Of a DNA stretch of 60,544 bases, positions 46,891 through 55,229 are shown piece after piece (position 1 is the stretch's first letter; every line of letters begins with the position of its first letter). Position numbers and translations under genes: made by a program. The DNA is from Candidatus Uhrbacteria bacterium (GTDB lineage Bacteria > Patescibacteriota > Patescibacteriia > UBA9934 > GWF2-40-263). A model generated the notes under the pieces. It did no database searches, was not told the DNA's origin, and saw nothing but the letters and a program-made list of their open reading frames with translations. Where the stretch lies: contig JBAXQK010000005.1 in assembly GCA_037131775.1 (NCBI GenBank), forward strand, positions 1 to 60,544. The letters run 5' to 3'.

Positions 46891-46967
46891 TGGTGGGCGT
46901 GCCAAGAATCGAACTTGGGACCTCGACATTATCAGTGTCGCGCTCTAACCATCTGAGCTACACGCCC
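46891..46967 (-). tRNA. tRNA-Ile (GAT)
   Basis: The rc reads GGGCGTGTAGCTCAGATGGTTAGAGCGCGACACTGATAATGTCGAGGTCCCAAGTTCGATTCTTGGCACGCCCACCA. Promoter TTGACC-17-TAGACT lies upstream on the minus strand. Confidence 0.9.
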
Positions 46968-47146
46968 AAGGACAATGGCAGAGCCCACGGGAATCACGTT
47001 CGCGAATATTCGCACCGTGCCGATAGTCTAATGAAAAACGGGGAAACGGTCAAGACAGGAGGAATTGTACCATAACGAACTAAAAAAACGTATTTTCTGA
47101 CACAAAAAAACGACCGGCGCATTGCGCGGGTCGGAAGACGTGTGAC

Positions 47147-47566
47147 TCATGCCTGTTCCTCGGAATCGAACCGCCTACGGATCGTGTCGTGGATGGCGAG
47201 GAAGACCGTGGTCTCGTTCGTGATTCCGCCAAGCGAGATCGAGAGGTCGATGATCTTCTCGCTGAGAGGCGAGCCTTCGGGGACGCTCGCGAAGAACGCG
47301 TCGATGCCGCAGAGGACGGCCCGCTCGAGGAGTCCCTGCGAGGCGTTTCGGCCCGCCCTGGCAAGATGTCCCCATTCCTCGGTCCCGGTCCAGACGGGCT
47401 CGCCCACTCCCGCGAGAAGCGAGGCAGCATTCTCGGATGCGACCGCTCCGTCGTATGCCGGCAACGGATGTGCCGCGCCGTCGATCAGTCCGGTCCTGAA
47501 CGCCTCCGCGTAGTCGCACGCGTACCGCTTTGCCTCGCGGTCGAAAACTGTTTCTTCTGGGTACAT
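47147..47566 (-). CDS. hypothetical protein
   Basis: GGAG lies before ATG 47566 (MYPEETV). 139 aa. Terminator at about 47108-47135. Confidence 0.55.
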   Translation of the reverse strand: MYPEETVFDREAKRYACDYAEAFRTGLIDGAAHPLPAYDGAVASENAASLLAGVGEPVWTGTEEWGHLARAGRNASQGLLERAVLCGIDAFFASVPEGSPLSEKIIDLSISLGGITNETTVFLAIHDTIRRRFDSEEQA

Positions 47567-47624
47567 GGTGATTCTCCGTTGGAGAACCATACGGCAAAAT
47601 CACCGAATTGTCAACAGTTTGCAC

Positions 47625-48482
47625 CTAAAGCGTGACTCGAACCACGGACGGCGCGGGAGCCGGACCGAGAACGAGCTTTCCACCGACGGACCGGTATGGC
47701 GTGATTCGAAGATCGGACGGGAGCGGCGGGCCGTGGTTCTCCGCGTTATCGATGAAGTCGAGCACGTCGCGCAGATACGCGATCGCCGCGTCGCTCAGCG
47801 CGTCGACGATCCGCGTTCCCGCGTCCGCGAGCGCCTGATCGATGGCCTTGTTCTTTGAAAGCGCGTGGACGGAGCTGACGAACTCCGACGGAACGGACAG
47901 TCCCGCGAACCGCACCGTCTCGCCCGTGACCGCCGACGTGTACGACAGCCTTCCGCGGAACAGGTCTTCCACGAACGCCGGGTTGCGCAGCGCCAGCCCC
48001 GTTGCCACGTGCGCTTCCTCATGTTCCCGCAGCGTCTTTCCCGCCCCGTAGACGTTCGAACGGTCCTTCGCGACGTTATACGTGACTGTCACGTCCCTCG
48101 GCAGAATGACGAAGATTTTATCGACGCGGATGCGGGCCGTCACGCCGGACGTCTTTGCCATGACCTCCGCGCCCGCCTGGTATTCCGTGAACGCCACCGA
48201 CGCGTTGCCTTCCCTCTGCCCTCCCCCGGCGCGCGACCGGTCGATCACGTTCACCCGCCCGCCCGGACACGAGACCTCGATGCGGTGCCCGCGCAGCGTG
48301 TCGCGCCCCGCCTCGCGGACGATCCGCTCCGCGAACGGACGGTTCCTGCGCTCGACGTCCGGAACGACGGGCTTCGGCGCGGTCTCCGTCGCGGATCGAA
48401 AGAACGATCCGATCTCGCTCATTCCCGGGATTTTCCAATCTGCCATATCGCGCGCGACGTTATGAATGATTCCATTATACAT
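47625..48482 (-). CDS. hypothetical protein with HExxH motif
   Basis: 285 aa. LREHEEAHVATG. The first ATG is at 48482; the track start 48485 is TTG. Confidence 0.55.
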   Translation of the reverse strand: MYNGIIHNVARDMADWKIPGMSEIGSFFRSATETAPKPVVPDVERRNRPFAERIVREAGRDTLRGHRIEVSCPGGRVNVIDRSRAGGGQREGNASVAFTEYQAGAEVMAKTSGVTARIRVDKIFVILPRDVTVTYNVAKDRSNVYGAGKTLREHEEAHVATGLALRNPAFVEDLFRGRLSYTSAVTGETVRFAGLSVPSEFVSSVHALSKNKAIDQALADAGTRIVDALSDAAIAYLRDVLDFIDNAENHGPPLPSDLRITPYRSVGGKLVLGPAPAPSVVRVTL

Positions 48483-48524
48483 CAACGCGCCGTTCTGCTA
48501 TTCTAAACTGGTAATAATCCTCCT

Positions 48525-49658
48525 ATGCGCATCGTGAATATTTTCGTCCTCGGTCTGCTTCTCCTTAGTCTTTTCCCGACGACGATCCATGCCGCCGCCC
48601 CGAGCGACCCGTACGCGGACGAGGCGCTCGACTCGCCGGCGTCCGTCTACCGACCGTCCAATGCCGTCGGTGCTCCCGATAGCGCGTACGCCGATTTCCA
48701 GGACGCGCTCGCCGCGGTCACGCTCGACATGGGAGAGGAAGAGGCGGGACTTGGCGACCTCACGCTGACGTACAGGATCTACGAGCTCGGCGCGGCGTAT
48801 CGCGTGGAGCTGATGGACGCGGACTCGAACGTCCTTCAGAACACCACGGGGACGTTTGCCATCTATTCGACGGAAACGACCGTCCCGTACTCCGGGACAA
48901 CACCCTACCGCTACGTCCGCGTCACCTGCGTCGAAAACGAGCTTTGGAGCCTGGACGCGATTGCCGCCGCGGGCATCGCGGAACCTGTCGTCGTTCCGGA
49001 GCCGACCCCTTCGACCACCTCGACCCCCTCCGTGGAATCCTCGACCCCCCAGCGCGGAATGCTCGTGAAGCTCGTCGATGACGGCAACCCCGCGACGACC
49101 GTCGACGAGGCCGTGTACGTCGTCGACGACCATGGGATGCGCCACGCCTTCCCTTCCGAGACCGTCTTCAAGACCTGGTATCAGAACTTCGACGATATCG
49201 CCTACATCGACGCAGCAAACCTCGCGTCGTATGCGCTCGGGCCGAACGTGACCGTGCGCCCGGGAACATGGCTCGTGAAGATTACGACGGACCCGAAGGT
49301 GTACGCGGTCGAGCCGGGCGGTGTCCTCCGCTGGATCACGACCGAGGAAATCGCGCGAGCGCTCTATGGGACGGACTGGGCCAAGCGCGTCATCGACGTC
49401 CCGGACACCTTCTGGGGAAACTACACCGTTGGCGACGGGATCACGACCGAAGTCCCGCCGGCCGGCTCGGTCGGAGCGATCACGAGCGGCGCGGTCGTCT
49501 ACGTCGACGCGACGAAAAATTACACGCTCGCGGGAGACACGCTGAGCTACATGCGATTCGTGAGCACGTTCTTCCTCACCATCAACGATTCCGAAATTGA
49601 GCATTTCGCGGAGGGAGGAGACCTGCGGAAAGATCCGAGCATCGCGTTTCCGTACTAG
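48525..49658 (+). CDS. secreted hypothetical protein
   Basis: Signal peptide MRIVNIFVLGLLLLSLFPTTIHA. 377 aa. Terminator at 49749-49778. Confidence 0.65.
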   Translation: MRIVNIFVLGLLLLSLFPTTIHAAAPSDPYADEALDSPASVYRPSNAVGAPDSAYADFQDALAAVTLDMGEEEAGLGDLTLTYRIYELGAAYRVELMDADSNVLQNTTGTFAIYSTETTVPYSGTTPYRYVRVTCVENELWSLDAIAAAGIAEPVVVPEPTPSTTSTPSVESSTPQRGMLVKLVDDGNPATTVDEAVYVVDDHGMRHAFPSETVFKTWYQNFDDIAYIDAANLASYALGPNVTVRPGTWLVKITTDPKVYAVEPGGVLRWITTEEIARALYGTDWAKRVIDVPDTFWGNYTVGDGITTEVPPAGSVGAITSGAVVYVDATKNYTLAGDTLSYMRFVSTFFLTINDSEIEHFAEGGDLRKDPSIAFPY

Positions 49659-49811
49659 ACATCCGCGTCGACCACCCCTGACCCCTCTCACCGCCATCAG
49701 GCGGTATCCCGCTGAAGCGATGACTCCCCATGAGGAGGGGAAACATAAAAATCCCTTGCCTTCGCAGGGGATTTTTGATACTGTCCTGTCGTTCGTATGT
49801 ATCCCTTTGGA

Positions 49812-49887
49812 CGGGCCGTGGCGCAGTTGGTAGCGCGCCTGGTTTGGGACCAGGAGGCCGTGGGTTCGAGCCCCGCCGGCCCGACCA
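49812..49887 (+). tRNA. tRNA-Pro (TGG)
   Basis: CGGGCCGTGGCGCAGTTGGTAGCGCGCCTGGTTTGGGACCAGGAGGCCGTGGGTTCGAGCCCCGCCGGCCCGACCA. Anticodon loop TTTGGGA. Confidence 0.9.
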
Positions 49888-49916
49888 GAGGGATACGTAG
49901 GACCACCAAAACCCTT

Positions 49917-50756
49917 ATGACGAATCGCTTTCATCTCGCAGCCATCGTCGCGACAGCCGTCTCCCTCCTCCCTACCCTCACCTTCGCCGCGACATCCACG
50001 GCCGGAACGAGCGATTATTTGCGATCGATCGGGTATACCGACGTCCAACTCTCCGGAAATGCCACGACCGAGCAGCGCGAGGCGTTTTCGGCGGTACAGG
50101 GAGCCGGGAGCGTCTCGGATCCGCTCGGCGACGAGGTGGACCGCAAGGGCGGGGCGACGACGGTAAACGCGGCGTACGGGGACATCTCAAACGCGACGCT
50201 GACGAAGAACGACGCGGCGCAGACGTGGGACGTGCTCGTGACGCTCGGAGGGCCGATCCCCGAGAAGCCAACGGACAAGATCGAGTTGTTCATCCTGATG
50301 GACACGAACGGCGACCTCTCCGACAACGCGGCCGACGGGATCCGCGTCGGGGTCGACATGGAATTCAGCGTGCAGTGTACCAAGGACCATCCCTGGTACA
50401 CCGACTACCGCTGGTTCAACAAGGGTCCGCAGTTCTGGGCGGTGAACAAGGAGACGAAGTCGACGTTCGAGATTGGAACCGATACGATCGCCTACCACAT
50501 CCCCTTCGCCGAAGTCTCCGGTGACGCGACGCCGACCTGGCGCGTGGTCATGGCCGCAGCAAGCGGAAACGACTCCGAGATCGACGTCGCCCCTGGCATC
50601 GGGTTCCCGCCGCCGAAGGGCGAAACCTACCCGATTCCACCGACATCGAAGGGATTCGACCTTCCGCCGGCGGTAAAATGGATCGGCCTGACCGCCGCGG
50701 TCGCGGCCGTCTCCGTCCTCGTCCACAGAAAATTTGCCAAAAAGCGAAAGAAGTAA
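49917..50756 (+). CDS. secreted protein with C-terminal transmembrane anchor and basic tail
   Basis: Internal ATG 49917; track ORF 49797 overlaps the tRNA. Signal peptide MTNRFHLAAIVATAVSLLPTLTFA. C-terminus WIGLTAAVAAVSVLVHRKFAKKRKK. Confidence 0.65.
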   Translation: MTNRFHLAAIVATAVSLLPTLTFAATSTAGTSDYLRSIGYTDVQLSGNATTEQREAFSAVQGAGSVSDPLGDEVDRKGGATTVNAAYGDISNATLTKNDAAQTWDVLVTLGGPIPEKPTDKIELFILMDTNGDLSDNAADGIRVGVDMEFSVQCTKDHPWYTDYRWFNKGPQFWAVNKETKSTFEIGTDTIAYHIPFAEVSGDATPTWRVVMAAASGNDSEIDVAPGIGFPPPKGETYPIPPTSKGFDLPPAVKWIGLTAAVAAVSVLVHRKFAKKRKK

Positions 50757-50773
50757 TATCCTTTCGCCACAGT

Positions 50774-50848
50774 GCGGGTATCGTATAACGGTTATTATCT
50801 CAGTTTTCCAAACTGATGAAGCGGGTTCGACTCCCGCTACCCGCTCCA
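50774..50848 (+). tRNA. tRNA-Gly (TCC)
   Basis: GCGGGTATCGTATAACGGTTATTATCTCAGTTTTCCAAACTGATGAAGCGGGTTCGACTCCCGCTACCCGCTCCA. It closely resembles the E. coli glyT sequence as I recall it. Confidence 0.9.
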
Positions 50849-50854
50849 GAAAAG

Positions 50855-50880
50855 ACATCTGATCATTCAGGTGTTTTTTC
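50855..50880 (+). terminator. intrinsic terminator after tRNA-Gly
   Basis: Stem acatctga / tcaggtgt (one G-U) followed by a T-run. Confidence 0.7.
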
Positions 50881-50907
50881 TTTTTTCCTAAAGAATATGT
50901 CAATTTA

Positions 50908-50936
50908 TTGACAAAACGACCCTTTTATGGTATGAT
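50908..50936 (+). promoter_or_regulatory. strong extended -10 promoter
   Basis: TTGACA (50908-50913), 17 nt, TGgTATGAT. The -35 sits in the palindrome tgtcaatttattgaca. Confidence 0.6.
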
Positions 50937-51031
50937 TCCCCGCGTCGTAAGCCTTCGGAAGAACGCGATGCCTAAGTCTCGTGCTTCCGCTGGGTCGGTG
51001 ACCCAGGTTTAAACATAGCCACTCATATCGT

Positions 51032-51301
51032 ATGGGAGACATCACACTCGTTTGCCGCGACTGCGGAAAGGAATTTGCCTTCTCGGAGCGCGACCAGGCC
51101 TTTTTCGCGGAAAAGGGATGGGCCAACCAGCCGACACGCTGCCGCGACTGCGCGCGCGCGAAACGCGACCGCATGGATGCGCCGCGCCAGATGTTCGACG
51201 CCGTTTGCGCCGAATGCAACGCCGCCTGCCAGGTGCCGTTTCAGCCACGCGGCGACAAGCCGGTGAAGTGCCTTGCCTGCTTCAAAGCGGGACAAGCATA
51301 A
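51032..51301 (+). CDS. zinc-ribbon domain protein (two CxxC...CxxC units)
   Basis: 89 aa. CRDCGKEFAFSERDQAFFAEKGW..PTRCRDC and CAECNAACQVPF......KCLAC. Confidence 0.8.
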   Translation: MGDITLVCRDCGKEFAFSERDQAFFAEKGWANQPTRCRDCARAKRDRMDAPRQMFDAVCAECNAACQVPFQPRGDKPVKCLACFKAGQA

Positions 51302-51358
51302 AGAACGAACAAAAACGCCCGGTCCCGCAAGGGGCCGGGCGCTTTGATTTGCAGGGGT

Positions 51359-51838
51359 TTACCATCGCATCGTGCTGGCCGTAATCGCGATCGCGAGGGC
51401 ATCTGCCGCGTCGTCCGGTTTTGGAATGCGCGGAAGGTTCAGGAGCGTCGCGACCATCTTCTGCATCGCCGGTTTTTTGGCTGCCCCGTCGCCGGTCACC
51501 GCCTTCTTCACCTGCGCCGGACCGATCTCCAGGATTGGGACCCCGGCCTGCGCCGCGAGCAGGAGGACGATTCCGCGTGCCTCGGCAACGCGCATGGCGG
51601 TCGTGGAATTGTTCGCGAAGAACAGCTTTTCGACGGCGATCAGGCATGGCTTTAGGTGCGCGATGATCTCGTTCAGGTCCGTCGCAAGATGCAGAAGTCG
51701 AATCTCGATCGCGTCGCCCCCGGTCGTCGTCATCACCCCGAAGTCGACCGCCTCAACCTTGCCCTTCGACACCGCGATGCAACCGAAGCCCATGCGGCCA
51801 TAGCCAGGGTCGATGCCGAGGATCAATGAGTCGCGCAT
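51359..51838 (-). CDS. ruvC: crossover junction endodeoxyribonuclease RuvC
   Basis: Motifs ILGIDPGYGRMGFG, IAVEKLFF and PDDAADALAIAI. Confidence 0.9.
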   Translation of the reverse strand: MRDSLILGIDPGYGRMGFGCIAVSKGKVEAVDFGVMTTTGGDAIEIRLLHLATDLNEIIAHLKPCLIAVEKLFFANNSTTAMRVAEARGIVLLLAAQAGVPILEIGPAQVKKAVTGDGAAKKPAMQKMVATLLNLPRIPKPDDAADALAIAITASTMRW

Positions 51839-51843
51839 AGGGG

Positions 51844-51875
51844 AAGTGATTGAGTGATGAAGTGATTGAGTGATG
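51844..51875. repeat. tandem 16-nt repeat AAGTGATTGAGTGATG x2 (AGTGAT with 8-nt periodicity)
   Basis: Read directly. A third degenerate copy follows, and inverted copies TCACTCC occur at 51890-51896 and 51914-51920. Confidence 0.85.
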
Positions 51876-51924
51876 AAGGTGATACGAAGTCACTCCACGA
51901 CTCCATCTCTTCATCACTCCGTCA

Positions 51925-52611
51925 CTACGCCTCGTTCGTATACACCGCGTCGACGTCGTCCAAATCCTCCATGATTTCCAAAAATGCCTCGAGCTCCGCG
52001 CGCTTCGCCTCGTCTACGTCCGTCGTCGTCTTCGCGACGTACGCGATCTGCGCGCCCTCGATCTTTCCCGCGGCGGCCGCGACTTTCTGCAGGTCCCTCA
52101 CGTCGCACACGATCTCGAACATCCCATCGTCCGTCGATGCGATATCCTCCGCGCCCGCGTCAATCAGCGACATCTCGTCCGCGGTCGACGAACGGACGAT
52201 CCCCTTCTTTTCAAACATCCACATGACGGACCCGCTCACCCCGATCACGCCGCCATTCTTCGTCGCGGCGGTCTTTACCTCGGCAACGGAACGGTTGCGG
52301 TTGTCGGTCAAACACACGACGAGCATCGCGACGCCACCCGGTGCGAACCCCTCGTACACGACCTCCTCGATCACCCCGTCCTCCCCGTTCCCCGACCCGC
52401 GCGCAATCGCCCGGTCGATGTTCTCCTTCGGCACGGACATCCCCTTTGCCGCGTCCACCGCCATCCGCAGCTTGAAGTTGAACGCCACGTCGCCGCTCTC
52501 GCGAGCCGCCACCGTGATGTTCTTCACCAACTTAGAAAACGCCCCGGCCCGCTTCGAGTCGGCTTTCCCCTTCTTTAGCTGAATGTTGTGCCAATGAGAG
52601 TGTCCAGACAT
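51925..52611 (-). CDS. yebC: YebC/PmpR-family transcriptional regulator
   Basis: MSGHSHWHNIQLKKGKADSKRAGAFSKL is the family's N-terminal signature. Confidence 0.9.
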   Translation of the reverse strand: MSGHSHWHNIQLKKGKADSKRAGAFSKLVKNITVAARESGDVAFNFKLRMAVDAAKGMSVPKENIDRAIARGSGNGEDGVIEEVVYEGFAPGGVAMLVVCLTDNRNRSVAEVKTAATKNGGVIGVSGSVMWMFEKKGIVRSSTADEMSLIDAGAEDIASTDDGMFEIVCDVRDLQKVAAAAGKIEGAQIAYVAKTTTDVDEAKRAELEAFLEIMEDLDDVDAVYTNEA

Positions 52612-52631
52612 ATCGCGGGTATCCTAACAGA

Positions 52632-53423
52632 TTACCACCCGCCCTTCAACGGCTTCGCGAGGCCGTGGATCGTCTCGAACATCGCGCGCAGAATGCCCAC
52701 GATCCCCGGGTGGTCGAGCGTGAACAAAAGCTTCGTATCGGGAATCATGAACGCGGCCTTGTCGCCGTAGATCATCATGAGCTGTTGGAGCGGCATGGTC
52801 GCTTCCGGCAATGTCCGAAGGTCCCAAAGCCGATTCGACAGGAGACGCTGGTTTTCCTTCGACAGCTCCTCACGCGGCAGCTGCGTCGATTCGTCCGTGA
52901 ACACCGCGCGGGTGAGAATCTTGCGCTCGACGATCCGTCGAAAGAACTCCGACCACTCGGAATCCGACAGCAGCGCCAGCTCGCCCTTGATGGCGGCTTT
53001 TCCCTCGAGGACGAAAAACGAGGATCCGCCCGGCTGCGCCGTGATCTCATCGTAAATCCGCTTCATCCCAGCCGAGGACGTATAGATCTCAACGACCGGC
53101 TTGTCATCCTCGAACCGTTTCAGCGACTCAAGCGACGGCACGAGCGACTTGAAATCCGCCGTCCACCGCTCCAGCTGGGCGGCCAGTTCACCTGGCGGCT
53201 GGGCCGAATACTGAGGACGCTTCCCAACGCGCGACTCTTTCACGAGTCCGCGCTCGAGGAGATGGTTTAGATGAAAGTAGACGGCGGCACGATTCTTCTT
53301 TTGCAGCGTCGCAAGATGCGTGACATTGCTCTCCCCCTGCTTCAACAGCAAAACGTACAGTTCTGCCTCCTGCGGCGACAGGGAAAAGTGCTGGAGAAGG
53401 TCCTCGACATTCTTCATATACAC
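52632..53423 (-). CDS. TrmB-family HTH transcriptional regulator
   Basis: N-terminal LSPQEAELYVLLLKQGESNVTHLATLQKKNRAAVYFHLNHLLERGLV is a winged helix of TrmB type. Confidence 0.7.
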   Translation of the reverse strand: MYMKNVEDLLQHFSLSPQEAELYVLLLKQGESNVTHLATLQKKNRAAVYFHLNHLLERGLVKESRVGKRPQYSAQPPGELAAQLERWTADFKSLVPSLESLKRFEDDKPVVEIYTSSAGMKRIYDEITAQPGGSSFFVLEGKAAIKGELALLSDSEWSEFFRRIVERKILTRAVFTDESTQLPREELSKENQRLLSNRLWDLRTLPEATMPLQQLMMIYGDKAAFMIPDTKLLFTLDHPGIVGILRAMFETIHGLAKPLKGGW

Positions 53424-53606
53424 CTATTTTACCAGAAAATCGTCGAAGTGTCAATGAAAGTTTCTTTCATAAATGATTATATTATAAGTCGATCCGACTA
53501 ATTGAGCACTCATAGGCTCTGATCGTTGACGTTTAGTCGAAATCGCGGTATTCTGGTTGGCCGAGATTGGCTCGGACGTTCACAACTTACAAAAAGAGTA
53601 TTCAAC

Positions 53607-53972
53607 ATGGAAGCCAACGAAGCACAGGTCGAGATGGAGAAGCAGTGGGACGGGATCCGGGCGCTGTGGGCGCTGATCATGGGGCATCTGGTGGGAGCGA
53701 GTGCTGGGTGCACTTGCTGCGACATGCTGAGTAGTTCACCAGAGGGTGACGCAAAACGCGAGGAGATCCTGACCATCTTCCGAGAGATGGGGTTCAACGA
53801 GGCGATCGACGATGTGGCGCGGGAGTACTTTGCAGGACTGGCCGAGGCGCGACGAAAGGGTCAATGGTATGGCTGGCCTTATAAGACGCTCCCGCTCCTG
53901 GAGCCGACCCTGCTCAAGCGCCTCCTCGCGGATGCGCCGGTGATCATGGAGAAAAGACTAACGATGCCCTAG
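53607..53972 (+). CDS. hypothetical protein (lower-GC cassette)
   Basis: Internal ATG 53607 (MEANEAQ). Promoter TTGACG-17-TATTCT. 121 aa. Contains GCTCCD. Confidence 0.5.
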   Translation: MEANEAQVEMEKQWDGIRALWALIMGHLVGASAGCTCCDMLSSSPEGDAKREEILTIFREMGFNEAIDDVAREYFAGLAEARRKGQWYGWPYKTLPLLEPTLLKRLLADAPVIMEKRLTMP

Positions 53973-54098
53973 CCACACGATCGCGACTCGGGGAACGGGC
54001 GGCCACTCGCGCTCGATTCCCTGCTTTCTGCACATTCAAGCGCCACGACGGTCATCGCGCATTGACGAGAACATTCACAATCAAACGCGGAGAACTTA

Positions 54099-54488
54099 AT
54101 GAATATCGTTTACTCTTCAGGTAAGACAGGCGCATATCTGTTCGGGACGGATTTGCACATCCTTTCAGACAGTGCCAGCAGTTACGGGTTTGCGATCACG
54201 TACCCGCTTACAGACGTGGCCCTAAAAAACCACTTCAAGTACTACTGCACATGCGGAAAAGGCTGGTGTCCCGAACTACCGGCCGAGCGGCTGCGCGAAA
54301 TCGTGCGTCTGGCGATCCCCCATGGCGCGACACGTGTGATTCTGCGGGATGCGGGGTGCGTTTACGACGAATCGCGCATAGAAGGACTTCCGGTCATGGA
54401 TGTCGGACGTCTTTTCCGAGATATGAACGAGGACGGTCATTCGGCGCCTCTCACGGACGGATATTACATCTGGCACAAGGAAAACTAA
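54099..54488 (+). CDS. hypothetical protein (lower-GC cassette)
   Basis: 129 aa. GGAG lies before the ATG. A hairpin plus T-run terminator lies at about 54499-54527. Confidence 0.55.
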   Translation: MNIVYSSGKTGAYLFGTDLHILSDSASSYGFAITYPLTDVALKNHFKYYCTCGKGWCPELPAERLREIVRLAIPHGATRVILRDAGCVYDESRIEGLPVMDVGRLFRDMNEDGHSAPLTDGYYIWHKEN

Positions 54489-54542
54489 CGCCTCCTCGCC
54501 GCGTCGATCTCGACGCGGCTTTTTTAATCGACGCAATTCCCC

Positions 54543-54563
54543 ATTCCCGACCTGACCCCAAAC
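54543..54563. repeat. second copy of the 21-mer ATTCCCGACCTGACCCCAAAC
   Basis: Identical to 20499-20519, the right arm of the palindrome. Here it is a single arm, just upstream of TATACT and ATG 54584. Confidence 0.9.
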
Positions 54564-54583
54564 GCGGTATACTCGACGGCGAT

Positions 54584-55183
54584 ATGAACTGGCACCTCCT
54601 CATTGGCATCCTTGCGGGAATCATTCAGCTTGCCGGGACCGTCCCATACGTTAAGGACATCCTTCGTCCCGGCGGGACGCGGCCGAACGTCGTCTCCTGG
54701 TCGCTGTGGCTCGTCCTTCAGCTGGTGGCGATCTGGATCCAGGTGACGTCGGCGGGCGGGATTTCCTGGTCGGTGCTGTACATGGTGGCGACGGCGCTCG
54801 TGATGGGGCTGATCGTTGTCCTCTGCCTTCGCGGATACGGGTCGAAACAGTTTGGGCTGGTGGAAAAAATCTGCATCCCCCTCGCGATCCTGGCCATCGC
54901 CTGCTACGTCATGACGCGCAACGGCGCGCTCTCGTTGGTCTTCGACATCGCGGCCTACATGGTCGCCGATGCGCCGACGATCTTCAAGACCTGGCGCGAC
55001 CCAAGGTCCGAGGCGGCCTTTCCCTGGATGATCGCGACGATCGCCGCCGCGCTCGGGGCGCTGTCGAGCACGATCATGACGCCTGAGAACCTCGCCCTCC
55101 CGATCTATCTCGTCATCGGAAACGGCCTCATCGCTGCATTCGCCTTCTTCGGACAACGAAGGAAATCCAAATCGGTCGCATGA
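54584..55183 (+). CDS. polytopic membrane protein, hypothetical
   Basis: Internal ATG 54584 within track ORF 54251-55183. About six hydrophobic helices. 199 aa. Confidence 0.65.
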   Translation: MNWHLLIGILAGIIQLAGTVPYVKDILRPGGTRPNVVSWSLWLVLQLVAIWIQVTSAGGISWSVLYMVATALVMGLIVVLCLRGYGSKQFGLVEKICIPLAILAIACYVMTRNGALSLVFDIAAYMVADAPTIFKTWRDPRSEAAFPWMIATIAAALGALSSTIMTPENLALPIYLVIGNGLIAAFAFFGQRRKSKSVA

Positions 55184-55229
55184 CCGATTTTTTCGTTGAA
55201 AAGAAAAAGACCGTCGAGCGGGTCGACGG

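Noticed and set aside
48498-50048. 516-aa minus ORF.
   Set aside because: It runs antisense through a signal-peptide protein gene and across tRNA-Pro, and its composition is Arg/Gly-rich.
50650-50756. Sortase-type (LPXTG) sorting signal in the C-terminally anchored secreted protein.
   Set aside because: A TM helix and a basic tail are present, but the preceding sequence (FDLPPAVK) has no LPXTG-like motif.
51844-51875. Tandem repeats considered as a mini CRISPR array.
   Set aside because: The units are 16 nt (8-nt sub-period) and directly abutting, with no spacers. No cas genes are present. No other CRISPR-like array was seen in the window.
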